A program made the translations under genes and the position numbers. A stretch of 61,938 bases of DNA, the filler included, from Sphacelaria rigidula (taxonomy: Eukaryota), in NCBI GenBank assembly GCA_964200075.2. It is 9 parts of 9 records of this genome, joined end to end, with 100 filler letters (N's around TTAATTAATTAA, not from the genome) between each part and the next. Parts side by side here need not be neighbours in the genome. Positions count along the whole stretch, not along the records: positions 34,469 to 41,261 come from CAXNAA020018053.1; positions 41,362 to 48,154 come from CAXNAA020018054.1; positions 48,255 to 55,046 come from CAXNAA020018055.1; 6 more parts are not named here. One strand, 5' to 3'. The notes under the pieces were generated by a model, which was not told where the DNA came from, searched no databases, and worked only from the letters and a program-made list of their open reading frames with translations. The number at the start of each line of letters is the position of its first letter. The stretch's first letter is position 1. Below, one piece after another: positions 38,395-51,024 of this stretch.

Positions 38395-38483
38395 CAGGGG
38401 GGGGGATTTTCGGCCGCTTTCGTTCACGATAGCAGCAACGGTACTTCGAGTGCGTTTGCTTCCGATGTAAAACGCTCGTTCGC

Positions 38484-38913
38484 GATCTTACAAATTGGGG
38501 ATGGATCTTTCATTGGGAATGAGAAACCCGGAGAATAAAATGTTCGTACCCACACCAAGTCTTAGAAATATGGTACCATTTCTTTACCTACTGACAGCTA
38601 CTGACAACTGCTACACGCCATAGGAATTTGGAATGCGATCACCGAAATGTTGGGGTCCTAGGTGACAAGACAACTTCGGAACCATTTTAGCGTCCGTTCG
38701 GACACCCGGAATTCCCCAATATTAGCTTCGTCACCTAGGACCCCAACGCTTCGGTGATCGAAATCCAAATTCATATGGCGTGTAGCACTTGTCAATAGCT
38801 ATCAGTAGGTGAAAAAATGGAACCATACTTCTAAGATTTGGTGTGGATACGAAGGTTTTAATTCTCTGGGTTTCTCGTCCCCAATAAAAGATCCATCCCC
38901 AATTTGTAAGATC
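38484..38913. mobile_element. Fold-back element, family C copy 2
   Basis: GATCTTACAAATTGGGGATGGATCT...AGATCCATCCCCAATTTGTAAGATC. Homologous to 8301-8734. Confidence 0.8.
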
Positions 38914-39377
38914 CCGTGTTATTTGTCATTGATACTGTTTGACATCGCTTTCCCCAAATACAAGCGCACCGCGAGAGTGTTGGGTCGTGTGATGCACCTA
39001 TGAGCCTAATATTTCGTGGAATCGAACACCCCCCCCCCCTCCTCACCTTTAGACTGTTGGGTTGGCGTCGAGTGGCAACGGCGCTGTAAAACAAGCCACC
39101 AAAACCTAGACAAATGTACAGACTGTCACCGTGCATATACCGGGGACCGCCGATAGACAAAGAAAGTCACGGACCGACGGACACAACTTTTAAGAACATT
39201 AACAATCCAATGCTTTCCTCCCAGAAACACACAAAATTCATATAGGCATGATTTACCGAAGATGAGCTTTTCCCCTGATTTCACTACTTCCTTTTCCTTA
39301 GCCGTCCTGTTTTTCCTTCCTTTCTAGTATTTTCCTTCTTTTCTTCCTCTACATTTCTCCCTTCTTCTCTTTTTTTC

Positions 39378-40735
39378 AACCTCCCATAAAACAGCGCGGA
39401 CACGGACATGAAATAGAGGAGCTCACCCCCCTTTTTATTTAACCTACCATAATACGGCCCGGGCATAGACATGAAATAGAGAAGCTACAGCCCCCCTTTT
39501 CTTGAACCTACCACAACACAGCCCGGACATAGACATGACATTCAGAAGCTAACCCCCCTTTTCCTTCAACCTACCATAACACAGCCCCGACATGGGCATG
39601 AAATAGAGAAGCTAACCCCTCTTTTTCTTAAACCTACCATAACACGGCCCGGACATAGACATGGAATTAAAAAATCAACCCTCCTTTTTCTTTAACCTAG
39701 CACAACACAGCCCGGACATGGACATTAAATAGAGAAGCTAACCCTTTTTTCTTAAACCTACAATAACACAGCGCCGACATAGACATGAGATAGAGAAGCT
39801 AACCCCCCTTTTTCTTTAACCTACCACAACACATCCTCGACATGGACATGAAATGGAGAAGCTAACCCCCTTTTTCTTAAACCTACAATAACACAGCCCG
39901 GACATGGACATGAAATAGAGAAGCTAACCCTCTTTTTTCTTAAACCTACAATAACACAGTCCCGACATAGACATGAGATAGAGAAGCTCACCCCCCCTTT
40001 TTCTTTAACCTACCACAACACATCCCCGACATGGACATGAAATGGAGAAGCTAACGCCCTTTTTCTTAAACCTACAATAGCACAGCCCGGACATAGACAT
40101 GAAATAGAGAAGCTAACCCTCTTTTTTCTTAAACCTACCACAACACAGCCCGGGCATAGACATGAGATAGAGGAGCTCACCCCCCCTTTTCTCTAACCTA
40201 CCATAACACAGCCCGGACATGGACATGAAATAGAGAAGCTAACCCTCATTTTTCTTTAACCTACCATAACACAGCCCGGACGTGAACATGAAATAGAGCA
40301 GCTAACCCCCCTTTTCATTTCACGTATCATGAAACAGCCCGGACATAGACATGAAATTAGGAAGCTAACCCTCCATTTTCTTCAACCTGCCATAAAACAG
40401 CCCGGACGTAAACATGAAATAGAGCAGCTAACCCCCCTTTTTATTTCACGTATCATGAAACAGCCCGGACATAGACATGAAATTAGGAAGCTAACCCTCC
40501 TTTTTCTTCAACCTGCCATAAAACAGCCCGGATGTAGGAATGACATCATGAAGCTAACCTCTTTTTTCTTCAAGCCACCATGACACAGCCTGAACATGGA
40601 CATGGAATAGAGAAACTGACCTTCTTTTTTATATTATTACTACCATAATACAGCCCGGACATAGACATGGAATAGAGAAGCTAACCCTCCTTTTTCTTTA
40701 TCCTACCAAAACACAGCCCAAATATGAACGTGGAA
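39378..40735. repeat. Minisatellite, ~61-63 bp unit, about 22 copies
   Basis: Head-to-tail unit AACCTACCATAACACAGCCCGGACATAGACATGAAATAGAGAAGCTAACCC(C/T)nTTTTCTT, without unique spacers. Confidence 0.95.
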
Positions 40736-41261
40736 TGGCGAAAAAGAACAAATCTACTGTCCCATATCAAGTCAGAAAACAACCGGGATTTCCCCCCCAA
40801 TATCATAACAAACGCAAGACAAGAATATATGTCCAAAACCTAGACATGTAAACAACAGCGTGGAGGTTGACCACCTCACATGCAAATCGAAAGTACAGAA
40901 GATATAGCCAGTACGGGTAGGGTAGGGTCACCACCTCCTCCATGTCAAATTCACGTGGAGGTTGTGGTCTCGTGGTGAGATACCCGTAAAACCGTACCGG
41001 TCTTCAGTAGGCGGTGGAAGTCTGGTCAGCCATTTCCAGAAATTTCTGACATAAGGTGCAAAAGGCGCCCATCGAAGGGAAGGAGTGGACAATGCATGGC
41101 TTAAATACCAAGACCTACTGCGCTCGTGGAACAAACACCTTACCGATGACCGACCACATGGCCTACGAGAGGGAGCACCAAGCGGTACGTAGCCTTCTTG
41201 AAATCGTGAAGGATAGAAGCTGGTGCAAAGTGTGGAGGAATCGTTGGCCAAGCTTTCGGCA

Positions 41262-41361
41262 NNNNNNNNNNNNNNNNNNNNNNNNNNNNNNNNNNNNNNN
41301 NNNNNTTAATTAATTAANNNNNNNNNNNNNNNNNNNNNNNNNNNNNNNNNNNNNNNNNNNN
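41262..41361. other. Artificial contig spacer
   Basis: N44-TTAATTAATTAA-N44. Confidence 0.98.
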
Positions 41362-43029
41362 TATGAAAACACTGGGGTTGGTCATTGCGCATTTGGGAGT
41401 CATGCAATGTTGCACGGGACTGTGCTGTCATGGAACCCATCATGACAGAACGGTCAACGCTAGCGTACCCACACCACAAGCGAGAACCCACGCTGGCCGA
41501 CGAGGATTTTGTTAAGTGGTGATGGTGCACTGGCTGAGTGAAAGAAAATAAATTGCCGCGGGTTTGTTGTTGAAGGTTGTTGGGGCCCGACTGCGGACCT
41601 GTGGTCGACAATGAGGTTTGAAGTAGAAATGTTACGCTTCGCCGTGGGAGACAGCACAGTTGTTGAGGACTGAGGCGGATCGAACAAAAATAAAAGAAAC
41701 ATAGTGGCAGGGTACTGTCGACAGTTTTCGATCGAAATGTAGGTCCGCGCACTCCGCACATGGAGCGGTCTATCACCTTTTTAGTTAGGTGCAGACGAAA
41801 GGGAAAAATACACACACATAAATATATATATGTCGGAGGCACACAACAAGCCTATGTGTGTGTGTGTTGAAATAACTTGTAACAGCAAGAGACAAGAAAA
41901 CGAAGGGTGTCACAGTCAACAGACATACAGTGTCTGTCACTAGCGCAATAACGCATTAACAAACCGGCATTCCACGAAGGAATAGACGTGTCGGATGCAG
42001 CGAACAGCAACGTGAAACCGCTCAGCGCTATTGTGAGAACACGTGGAGGCTGAGAAAAAAAATATAACTACCGGATGCCGTGTGTCTAGAGGCAACACCA
42101 GCGCTGCTGGCGATTTTCATTACAGTGCCGCGTAGTTCGCGGGGAATCGCCGAGTCGGGGGTCGATGACGTATTATCGCGCAGGTGAACAGTAAAACAAA
42201 TGTACAAGTGCAACCGTAATACTCGTATGTAGTGGAGTACAACAGCAGCGTACAAAGTCCAGACAGCAAAATGCACGGTGGCACACTTTAGTACATATGA
42301 TCTTTGCGTGGGGTAGCGGCGGGTCGGGTCAGTGGTCCTGTACAGACGTCAATTCGTTCGTATTACACGAAGAACACCCGACACCCGCTATACCGCGCCA
42401 TGTTCATATCTACAATGCAATATAGATGATTTCGTTCAGATAGTGCAGCAGTAACAACGTATGCACACCACGGTACCTCGCCGTCCGCAACATATCGCCC
42501 GCCGAGACTATGCGGAACTCACACACGTAGGACCTTGGGAAGAGGGTGGTACTGTAGTGTTGTCACGGATGTTTGGTGCACATACACGGTACAGGGTGGG
42601 GTCGGATGATGTACAGTCAACACCCAGGTCGGGCACAAAAAAAATGTGTTGCACGGTGAGCATATTTTGAGACAGCAAGAGACGGTCAACATTAGCTACT
42701 GAAAAATAAAAGGCCGACGGTACATGCGGCGGGGTGGGTGTATCGAAAGGATGCACGCTGGTACAGTGCCGGTGGTGGTAGAAAAGAGTTGGTATCTGAT
42801 GATGTACGGGCAGCTAAGTGGAAAAAAATGTGATGGGGCAGCAGGGTCACGGTATAAATTGGACTCTACCTGGTGACTCGCATCCGCTACAGAGTAGATG
42901 GGTATCATTACTGGGGCAGTTGCCACAGGTAGGCAGCTGGGACGAGAAGGAGAGGATGGTCGGGGGGCAAGTGCTATTGTTCGCGTACGTTCGCGTCGGA
43001 GTCGGCGGGCCAGGCTAAGCGGCATTCTG

Positions 43030-45160
43030 ACGCCCACTGGACGGGTTATGTGAGTTTGTCGGTACAGATTGTAGAGATGTTGGAGCGTCTTCTCCCGGGT
43101 GTGCCACTGCGCATTTCGTTTTCGCTTGGGGCGCGGCAGGCCGTCACCGCGTCTTGTCAGCATGTTTACGTCACAGAGCGTACTGTTCCACTGCAAGTGA
43201 CTTCCACGATTTCCTGGGGGCCGGCGCAGTTGCCTCCGATCTCGTTTGCGATCATGCCGGGGTCGGATGGCGTTATTCTTCTGGGGTTGCCGATGGTTCA
43301 GGATATTGGAGTCAACGCTCGGCGGTTCTGGGATTCCATCAAGACGCGGATATCTCAGCCTGGCCCACGCTTGGAGACGACCGCCGTTTTGGGTAGTCGT
43401 CGCGTGAGCTTGTCGGTGGGATGCCTTCCAGGAGGCTGGAGAGCAGGTGACCCAAGAGCGGGATGCGGCGGTGGAACGCTCGGTAGAGCGCTGCCCGGAG
43501 CTGATAAGGATTCCGGTGGAAGAGGAGTCCGCTCGGAAGGTCGCGCTGGAGGACAGCGTGATGGATGGTGGGGTGACAGGCCTCAGCATCTCAAAATCGG
43601 AGCGCCTGCGCGGCATATTGCATTGCCGCATCAACGCGTTTCGTCGTGCGCTGCGGGGTGATCCCCCTGCGCGCGTGGAGCCCATGCGTGTTCAGTGACA
43701 ACCTGAGGCGTCCGCGGCGAAGACGAAGCCGCGGCGGTACGATCCAGTGAAGTCGAGTTGGTTGGCGTTGTGCATGGCGGCTCTTTTGGCGCTCGGGTTG
43801 GTAGTACGGAGTTTGAAGGCGGGGTAGTCCAGTCCAGGTATGGTGTTTTGCAAGAAGGCTGCATCGTAGACCGAGGGCAGGCTGCAGGCATGGGCGGCAG
43901 CGAAGGGTCTAGTGGCTCATGCCGTGACCTGCTCCATTCTCGTCCTGATTGTCAGGTGTCAATGTTTCCGGAGGCATTTGAGTGCCATTGGGGTAGTTTG
44001 GTCATGCAGGTGCCTACAGTTGAAATGCAGATGCCTGTGCGCGCTGTGGCTGTGTATGGTCCGTGTGAACCTGATGACTCGATGCCGTCCAAATCTGTTG
44101 TCCGCCAAGCGCAACGAAAAGACCTTGGGGCCGAAGATGCGGATGTGCAATCTTTCGAGTCGGATGTTGGTACTGCTATCTTGGACCATGAAGGTCTGTT
44201 TCGTGTGCATGTGCGTGGCAAAAACGTTTTGTGCAAACCGAGTTCTGACAAGCAGTTTCAGGTGCGCTGACGATTTGCGCGCACATGCGCGACGCCGGGC
44301 ATGGTGGTGTGGCTGCGACGCTCGTGCGCTTGCGAGAGTTTTGTGTCTTGCGGGGGATAGAAACTCATGTGCGCGAATTTTTCCGCCAGTGCCTTCACTG
44401 TGCTGACCCGAGGGCGGGCGATGTTGTTCCCCGCCCGCTCGGCGAAACGGTCCATGGGACCACGCCGAATGAAGTCGTTCATTTCGGCTTCTTGTACGTG
44501 GGCGAGAGGGACCCGCTAGCTTCCCAAGGTTTGTCGGAGGATGCTGGGTTTCGATACACTTTGGTAATCATGGATGATATCAACAATTTCGTGGCTCTGG
44601 AACCAGAAGCAGTGTGTACTGCTGAATCGACCGCTGTATCTTTGCTGAGTCGGCGCAAAACTTTGGGGTGCCGTGTGTGTTGGTTAGTGATACCGCCACG
44701 CATTTCAAGAATGCGATCTTGACCCGATTGCAAAAGGCTTTGCGCATTGATCACCTGTTTGGGGTATGGTATTCTCCGTGGTCTAACGGTACGTGCGAAC
44801 GCATGGTCAAGGAAATGGTTCGTGCTCTCCGCTCTATTCTTTTCGAGCAGCGTAGAGCGGTTTCCGAGTGGGTGGGCGTGTTGCCGGCGGTGCGATGGGC
44901 GCTTAATACAGCGTACCGTCGTCGTTACGATAGTACGCCGCACCACGTGACGGTTGGTCGTGCCCATCTGACGTCTTTCTCGGTGCTGGCATCTTCGTCG
45001 GCGGGGGAATGGAAGTGTGATGTTTTGGACGATGTTCAAATTAAGAGTGCATTGCAAGGAGTCTTGGTTTTGCAAGAACGTTTCCACGTTCAAGTGCAGG
45101 AACGTGTTGCCGCTGCACGTGCGCGTAGAAGTGAGGTGTCCTCGTCGGGGTCGTTTGTAA
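43030..45160 (+). mobile_element. Decayed Ty3/Gypsy pol: protease, start of RT (most of RT/RNase H deleted), integrase
   Basis: Protease end (FAIMPGSDGVILLG), RALRGDPPARVEPMRVQ, integrase HHCC (AH...GH...CLHC) and core (LVIMDD, VSDTATHFKN, SPWSNGTCER, WALNT). Frameshifted. Confidence 0.9.
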
Positions 45161-48154
45161 AAACGATCAAGCAGGAGATACATGAATGGACTGTTCGGCG
45201 CGTGATTCGTTGCAGCACATTGTTTAGGTCACATTTTGCTTGGGTACGTCTATCATGAGACTACGGCTGGACCCCTGGGGGTTCAGTTAAAGGGAGTCAT
45301 CCTGCGATAGGGGGGGGGGGGGTATTTTGCGCCAATTCTTGCACGAAATTCCGAGGCATATCGTCCTTGAAAGCAGCAAGGGTTGTTTGAACGAGCTTGT
45401 TGTGGATTCATAACGCCCATCTATACTGCCTGACACTGTTTGAAACCAAATACAAGCGCAACGCAAGTGTGGCAGGTCGTCTGACACACCTATGAGCCTC
45501 TTTTTTCGCGCAACCAAATACCCTCCCCCCCTATCGTAGGATGACTCAAGGGCGACAATCAATAAATCAATCAATCAATCAGCCACACGGTCTCTTGCCA
45601 CGAGCAACTACCTGCTTCATGATGCTGTGATATTGTATCTGCGCAGACAGCCACTGACAGCAGCGGTGCGTTTGAAAAACCGCACAGATTTTTCATCTTT
45701 GCTGTTGCGGGGGCCGTCAGCGGCAGTTGATTACTGTCGAACAAAAGGAGGGGCACTCAAAAGCTCAATCCAAACGTTGTATATCTTCAGTACGCTCGCG
45801 TTCTGTCAACGTGCGCTCAGATACACTCACCAAACCATGGGCTTTAGACATCACCTACAGGCTGGTTCACGCAACAGGCTCAACATTCTGCCATCAGCGA
45901 ATGCCTTCTGTAATACGCACCCAATGACCGCATGCATGGTATCATATCGACCGCGATGAACTGACAAAGAGGGTGACATTTGGCCACATTTTTGTTCAAG
46001 GCTATAGCGGTGCATGGCGATATGGACAAAAATGTGTCTCGACCAATCAGCGCCTTTCATATTGTTCTGAAATTGAAAATACGAATTCCAAGCCTGATTT
46101 TCACCGACTTTCCACATATATATATATGCTTCAAATCGTAGTGACCGTCATCACCTCAGGAGTCTAACGGGAGAAAAAGAGTTGAAAACGGTTCCAACGA
46201 GGTCGAATTGTACCCGAAACCGTCACATTTCGGTAACGTGGAGTTTGGCGTCGTCTAATTTCCACCCATGATACGTACGACAGACTCAGGGAACCTCGTG
46301 ACGATTTCTCTTCTATTTGTTGTAGCAAAGCTTGGATCGTCCTCAAACTAGGCAGTTTCGTAGGTATTGATGCTCCAAGTGTAAAAATTGTGTTTTTGGC
46401 AAGGTTTCAAGGTTTCTCCGTTCTCTACCGGCTCCCGGGGGTCCCAGTGCAAAGCCCCCCGGAAGGTGGTATATAATGACTAAAAAACATAAGTTTCACC
46501 TGATGCGTCACGGGATATTCCGAGAAACCCATGCACAAAGTTTGGTGGAGAAACCCCTAAGTCTCATACACTTTTTTTTGCCTTGACGTGAAATTCACCC
46601 AAAAAAGACGTTTTCATACTCAAACCGAATAGTTGGGAGTTTGCGCGTTTTAAGCTCACATCCTCGCACAAACGCGCAAACCTTCACGCAGTTGTGGGAA
46701 GTTAGACCCTGAACCTTTGCACAAATGTGCTATGGATCATTGCGCAAGTTTCGATCGACGAGGTTTTTCTAGTGGTTGATTTTTTTTATCGTTTTTCGGG
46801 GGTCCGATGGGATCCAAGTCGTTTTCCGAAGCCATCCATTCTGGGACCCCAGAAAATCGGCACTACGTTTCGTTTTTCATTTTTTCGCAAATGTGTTATA
46901 ATGATGTGATAGCTAATGCATTGGCTGAGGTCTCTCAGTACGCGTACCAGGAGATACCGTTGGTTCCAGCTAAACCAAGCTCTCACGTGGGCGCAACGTA
47001 CGACCTATAGCTATCCATCATGAACAATCACACAGTGGGTTCATTCATGTGTAGACTGCTGGCTGGGAACTCACGTGTTTGCTTAGCATCATGTTATATT
47101 CACAAACAGCTCTCTTACTCAGTACAGCCGCGGCGCAGCCATAAGAGCAGAGCGTAGTGATGGCCCAGGGTAGACCGAGGCAAAGCCAGTAACTGATCGA
47201 GGTGGGTCGACGCGGCCTCTGGCCGCGGCCCAACAACCCTGACTAATGACAGCAGCAAAGGCAGTCACAACGCGTGACGGAACCCAGGGTCTACGAACAG
47301 ACCCGCATATCGTGATATCTTGCTATGCCACCAATCCTCCTCACACTAGCCGATCCTAGACGAGTCCCTATGCAGTTGAAACGTGATCACCTCGGCACAA
47401 TGTAATTGCGCCGAGAAACTTGAAAATTCAACGAGAAAGGGCTCTTCTACACTACACTCGTACAAAAGTATGAAGCGAAGAAAAACCGAATAAACAGCCG
47501 ATCCTAATTTTTGGGGTTGAAACAAAAAATGAGATTGAAGTCCCATTTCTCTATTGCAGGAAAGATACGAAAGAGTAAGACAGAGCGAAAGTATCTTCCT
47601 TCCCAAACCTCCGCAGCAGGAGTTACCCGTCAGACCGCGAGAGTAGATCACCTGCTGAATCGGCATCAATATTCACTTGAAAAAAGTACACACGTGGTCC
47701 AGATGAACTACGGGCACCGCGGTCCAAGGGTTAAGCAACTCTGGCTAGGTGCACCCAACGAAATGCGGTGTACACGCGTGTCGATGACGATATNNNNNNN
47801 NNNGCAACGACAGAGAAGAAGCTCCTCGCCCGTGCCCTTTGTGTGTCCCCGCTCGGCGATTACTAAACTCTCGAGAGACTGGCATCCTTGATCTTACCAG
47901 CATGTGCAAATGTTTTCATATGCCAGAGCATCGACGTGCGGAGAAATCCCGTGGTCTCTTCTCGCCTGTCGCCAACGCGAACATCGATTTCTCTTTGCCT
48001 CTCCGTTTGGACAGGACGTGCCTCTGTGTGCTGAAAGCATGCTGAAAAAATAGGGCAATGTTCCCTTCACCGCTACTACTGTTCTCTGCCACACACATAT
48101 GCCAGCAAGGACGGTGCTGCGGCAATAACAGAGAGATCCAATTTGAACTTAGGG

Positions 48155-48254
48155 NNNNNNNNNNNNNNNNNNNNNNNNNNNNNNNNNNNNNNNNNNNNTT
48201 AATTAATTAANNNNNNNNNNNNNNNNNNNNNNNNNNNNNNNNNNNNNNNNNNNN
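48155..48254. other. Artificial contig spacer
   Basis: N44-TTAATTAATTAA-N44. Confidence 0.98.
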
Positions 48255-48337
48255 TTTTTTTGGGGGGTTTTTTTGTTTCCTTCCTTTTTTTTTTTTTTTC
48301 CCACCCCCTCTTTCCCCCCCCCCCCCCCCCCCCCCCG

Positions 48338-48485
48338 CTTCCCCGCGACGAGTCCCGTGGAATCAGAGGATTTATCCACCTATTTTTCCCTCCGAACACC
48401 CTGCTTTTGGGGTTTCGCGGATTGGATCATGAGCAATACTCCCGCGCACCGCGTCGACGGTCGTGAAAAAAGTCAGTCGAGCAGA
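48338..48485. repeat. Dispersed repeat, also at ~61595-61745 (+) and ~60768-60822 (-)
   Basis: Shared blocks GACG(A/G)GTCC..GG, ATTGGATCATGA and CGCACCGCGTC. Confidence 0.6.
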
Positions 48486-49609
48486 CTCATTTCTACCAGT
48501 CACGTACGTCCTCATGCTTTCAACGACGACGGGAACCATATACTTGAAAAAAAACGAACCTAGTCTATTCCAGTAGGTCTGCTGTGATTCAATCGGTCTT
48601 ATACGGATCTTTCGTAGTGTAGGTGCCCCTTTTCGTGAAGATGTTTCGTTTGTCGCCCTCCTCTGCGGACTGTTCGAGTTATGGGTATGGGTGGTACGCT
48701 CTTCGCACTCTGTGACCACGGGTTTCAGAGATCGGGCTAATGTGACGCATATATTAATAATGATATTACGACTACGACTTCGACAACGACTACGACTACG
48801 ACTACGATCGCGCGTGTGTTCTTGTGCTCCACCCTGTCCCCGCCTCCCGGCGATACTTTTTCAGTTCCAATCGATCGCGTGCAATTGCAATCATATGGTG
48901 TTGAGAATGTCGTACTTTTTTTTCCTCTGCCCCATCCCGCCCTCCCACTTCCCGACGATACTTTTTCATTTCCACGAGTTTCTCTGTGTAGTTATTTTCG
49001 TCCACGAACACATGGTGTTGGGCATATCGTATGCTTTTTGTAGCACTTCATCCATCCCCTCCGCCTCCCGGCAATACTTTCTCAATTCCACTCGTTTCTG
49101 TCGATTTTTCTCATTCTGCTGAACGGGTCTCCCGCGATCCTGCTTTTCCGTAAGCCCGTTCCTAGAATTCCAGGCATTTTATAGTACTACATCAAACTGT
49201 TCATCCAGCTAACACTGTACGCTGTTCATTCATCAATTGATATCAGCTACTGTCTGCGTACTAACCAATAACTAGCTGTTAAGTACTAACCAATAACTGG
49301 CTGTTAAGTGTTGGGTTGGGTTTCCTCCTTCCATCAAGGAAATAAGAATAAGAATAATAACAATAATAATAACTGGCTGTGATCGTTTTCACTGCTTTGA
49401 GTTATGACGAGCATAACTCTTGAGTCACTGCAATACTGCTTTGTAGCATGCATTCTTCATGTGACTACGATACATTTGCAACGAATGAGTGAACGATTCT
49501 TTCCCTCGGCAAACATATGATGGGGGGCATATCTCGGGTTTGTTCTTGTGCTTCGTCCCCACCACCCCGCCCCTCCCCGCTTCCCTGCGATACTTTTTCA
49601 GTTCCACAG

Positions 49610-49757
49610 GTCTGGTCGGGCCAAGGATGCCCGTAAACACCACGGGGAGGAGGACGAAACGCGAGAGGAGCGAGAGTCAGGCGCGAAGCTGGAGTACCGC
49701 GACGAGTGGGGCAGGGCGTTGACTAGAAAAGAAGCCTGGCGTAATCTCAACTACCAG
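49610..49757 (+). CDS. SART1: U4/U6.U5 tri-snRNP-associated protein 1 (SART1/Snu66), near-C-terminal exon
   Basis: GRAKD...KLEYRDEWGRALTRKEAWRNLNYQ matches the conserved KLEY.DE.GR.LT.KEA.R.L motif. Boundaries ccacag| and |gtgtct. Confidence 0.85.
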
Positions 49758-51024
49758 GTGTCTCACTTTTTTTCTTTTCTTTCCTCTTGTCTTTTTTTTT
49801 CCAGCCAGTCGATTTGTTAGAGGTTGCGCAAACTCTGTCGACAAGGTTCATGGTTGAACAAATGCTCGGTGTTGAATGTAATCTGCAATGTTCGGATCTT
49901 GTGGGCGGACTAACTTGTCCCAGGTGCCCGCAGAGTGTGTGCAGGAGGCGGATTTTGCTCATATTGGCGCCGTAGGTGCTGGTTTTAGCCCTCTCAATGT
50001 ACACATTGCCTGAGATATCATATCCACCTCCCTTGTGCGAGGGTTCATCGGTGTGGCTTGGGATAGGGCTAGGGTTAACGTTGAGGTTGGGTCGGGTTGG
50101 GTCAGGTGATCAATAAGCGCAGAAGGGACCACCTTGTAGAAACATCTTCATCACATTTGTATATTTGGTAAACAGCCATATACCTACCCATTGCTCACGT
50201 GTGGTGTTTGATTTTCGTTCAATCAAGCAAAAAAGAAAAATCCCCCTAGGGTTGACCCGTTCTGCGGCATATCGTGTCAAGGGGTTCTCTCTAGCCCGCC
50301 AGTTACTGGTTCGACTTTGTGTCTAGAGTGCCCTATGATTTCGGTGTTGGGTGTTGATGTTGTAGAGTCAGTTTCGTTTTTGTCTCCTTGTTCCTTGTCT
50401 CTTCGTCCTGTTCAGTTTTGGTTTACTTTTGCTTCATTCCGTTTGGTTTACCTTGCTTTCTCTCATGTATCTTTCGCTTCTCTCGAGTTTCCTTCCGCGA
50501 GGTGTTCCCGTTTCTGTTTTTACCTTGGATACGTCCATCTTTTAACCACTACTGGGTCCCTCGGGGATCCGAACTCATGAAAAAATTGCCGTTAACTTGT
50601 CCCCCCCCCCCCCCTCAAGTACAATTTCTATACATTTCGGACTTATATGTGGACCCTTTCGATTACAATTCCTGTGCCTTTCGACCGTTATGCGGACGTC
50701 ACCCTACGAAATGTGCAACGACCAGCCATCCAAGTAGTCAACCCATCAAGAAGTACCAAAGGCGGGTGGGGTGCACAAGCGCCCACACGGACACACCCAG
50801 CCACTTCATGATCGTTAAATCCGATCGACTCAGCACGTCGTCGGTTGGCGATTACTTGCTCCCCACCCGTGGCAAAGCCGCACTGAGCGGACGTCTAAGG
50901 TCTCACGCTGACAGTACGCACCCCCGCAAGTTCATCCAGGCTATCCGGTATCCAGGGTAGCTTTGTAGTTAAAATAGAACCCTCGCGGCTCGGATGATAT
51001 TCTCATGAAGTCTTCCCTTCCCCC

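Noticed and set aside
39378-40735. Possible CRISPR array
   Set aside because: The whole unit is repeated with no unique spacers, there are no cas genes, and the context is eukaryotic.
42696-43685. 329-aa minus-strand ORF, the longest in the window
   Set aside because: Antisense shadow of the GC-rich Gypsy remnant; no protein-like features.
50160-50195. Minus-strand GRYMA as the missing kinase RYMAPE exon
   Set aside because: It continues VY rather than PE and has no supporting upstream TG.TGS or splice context.
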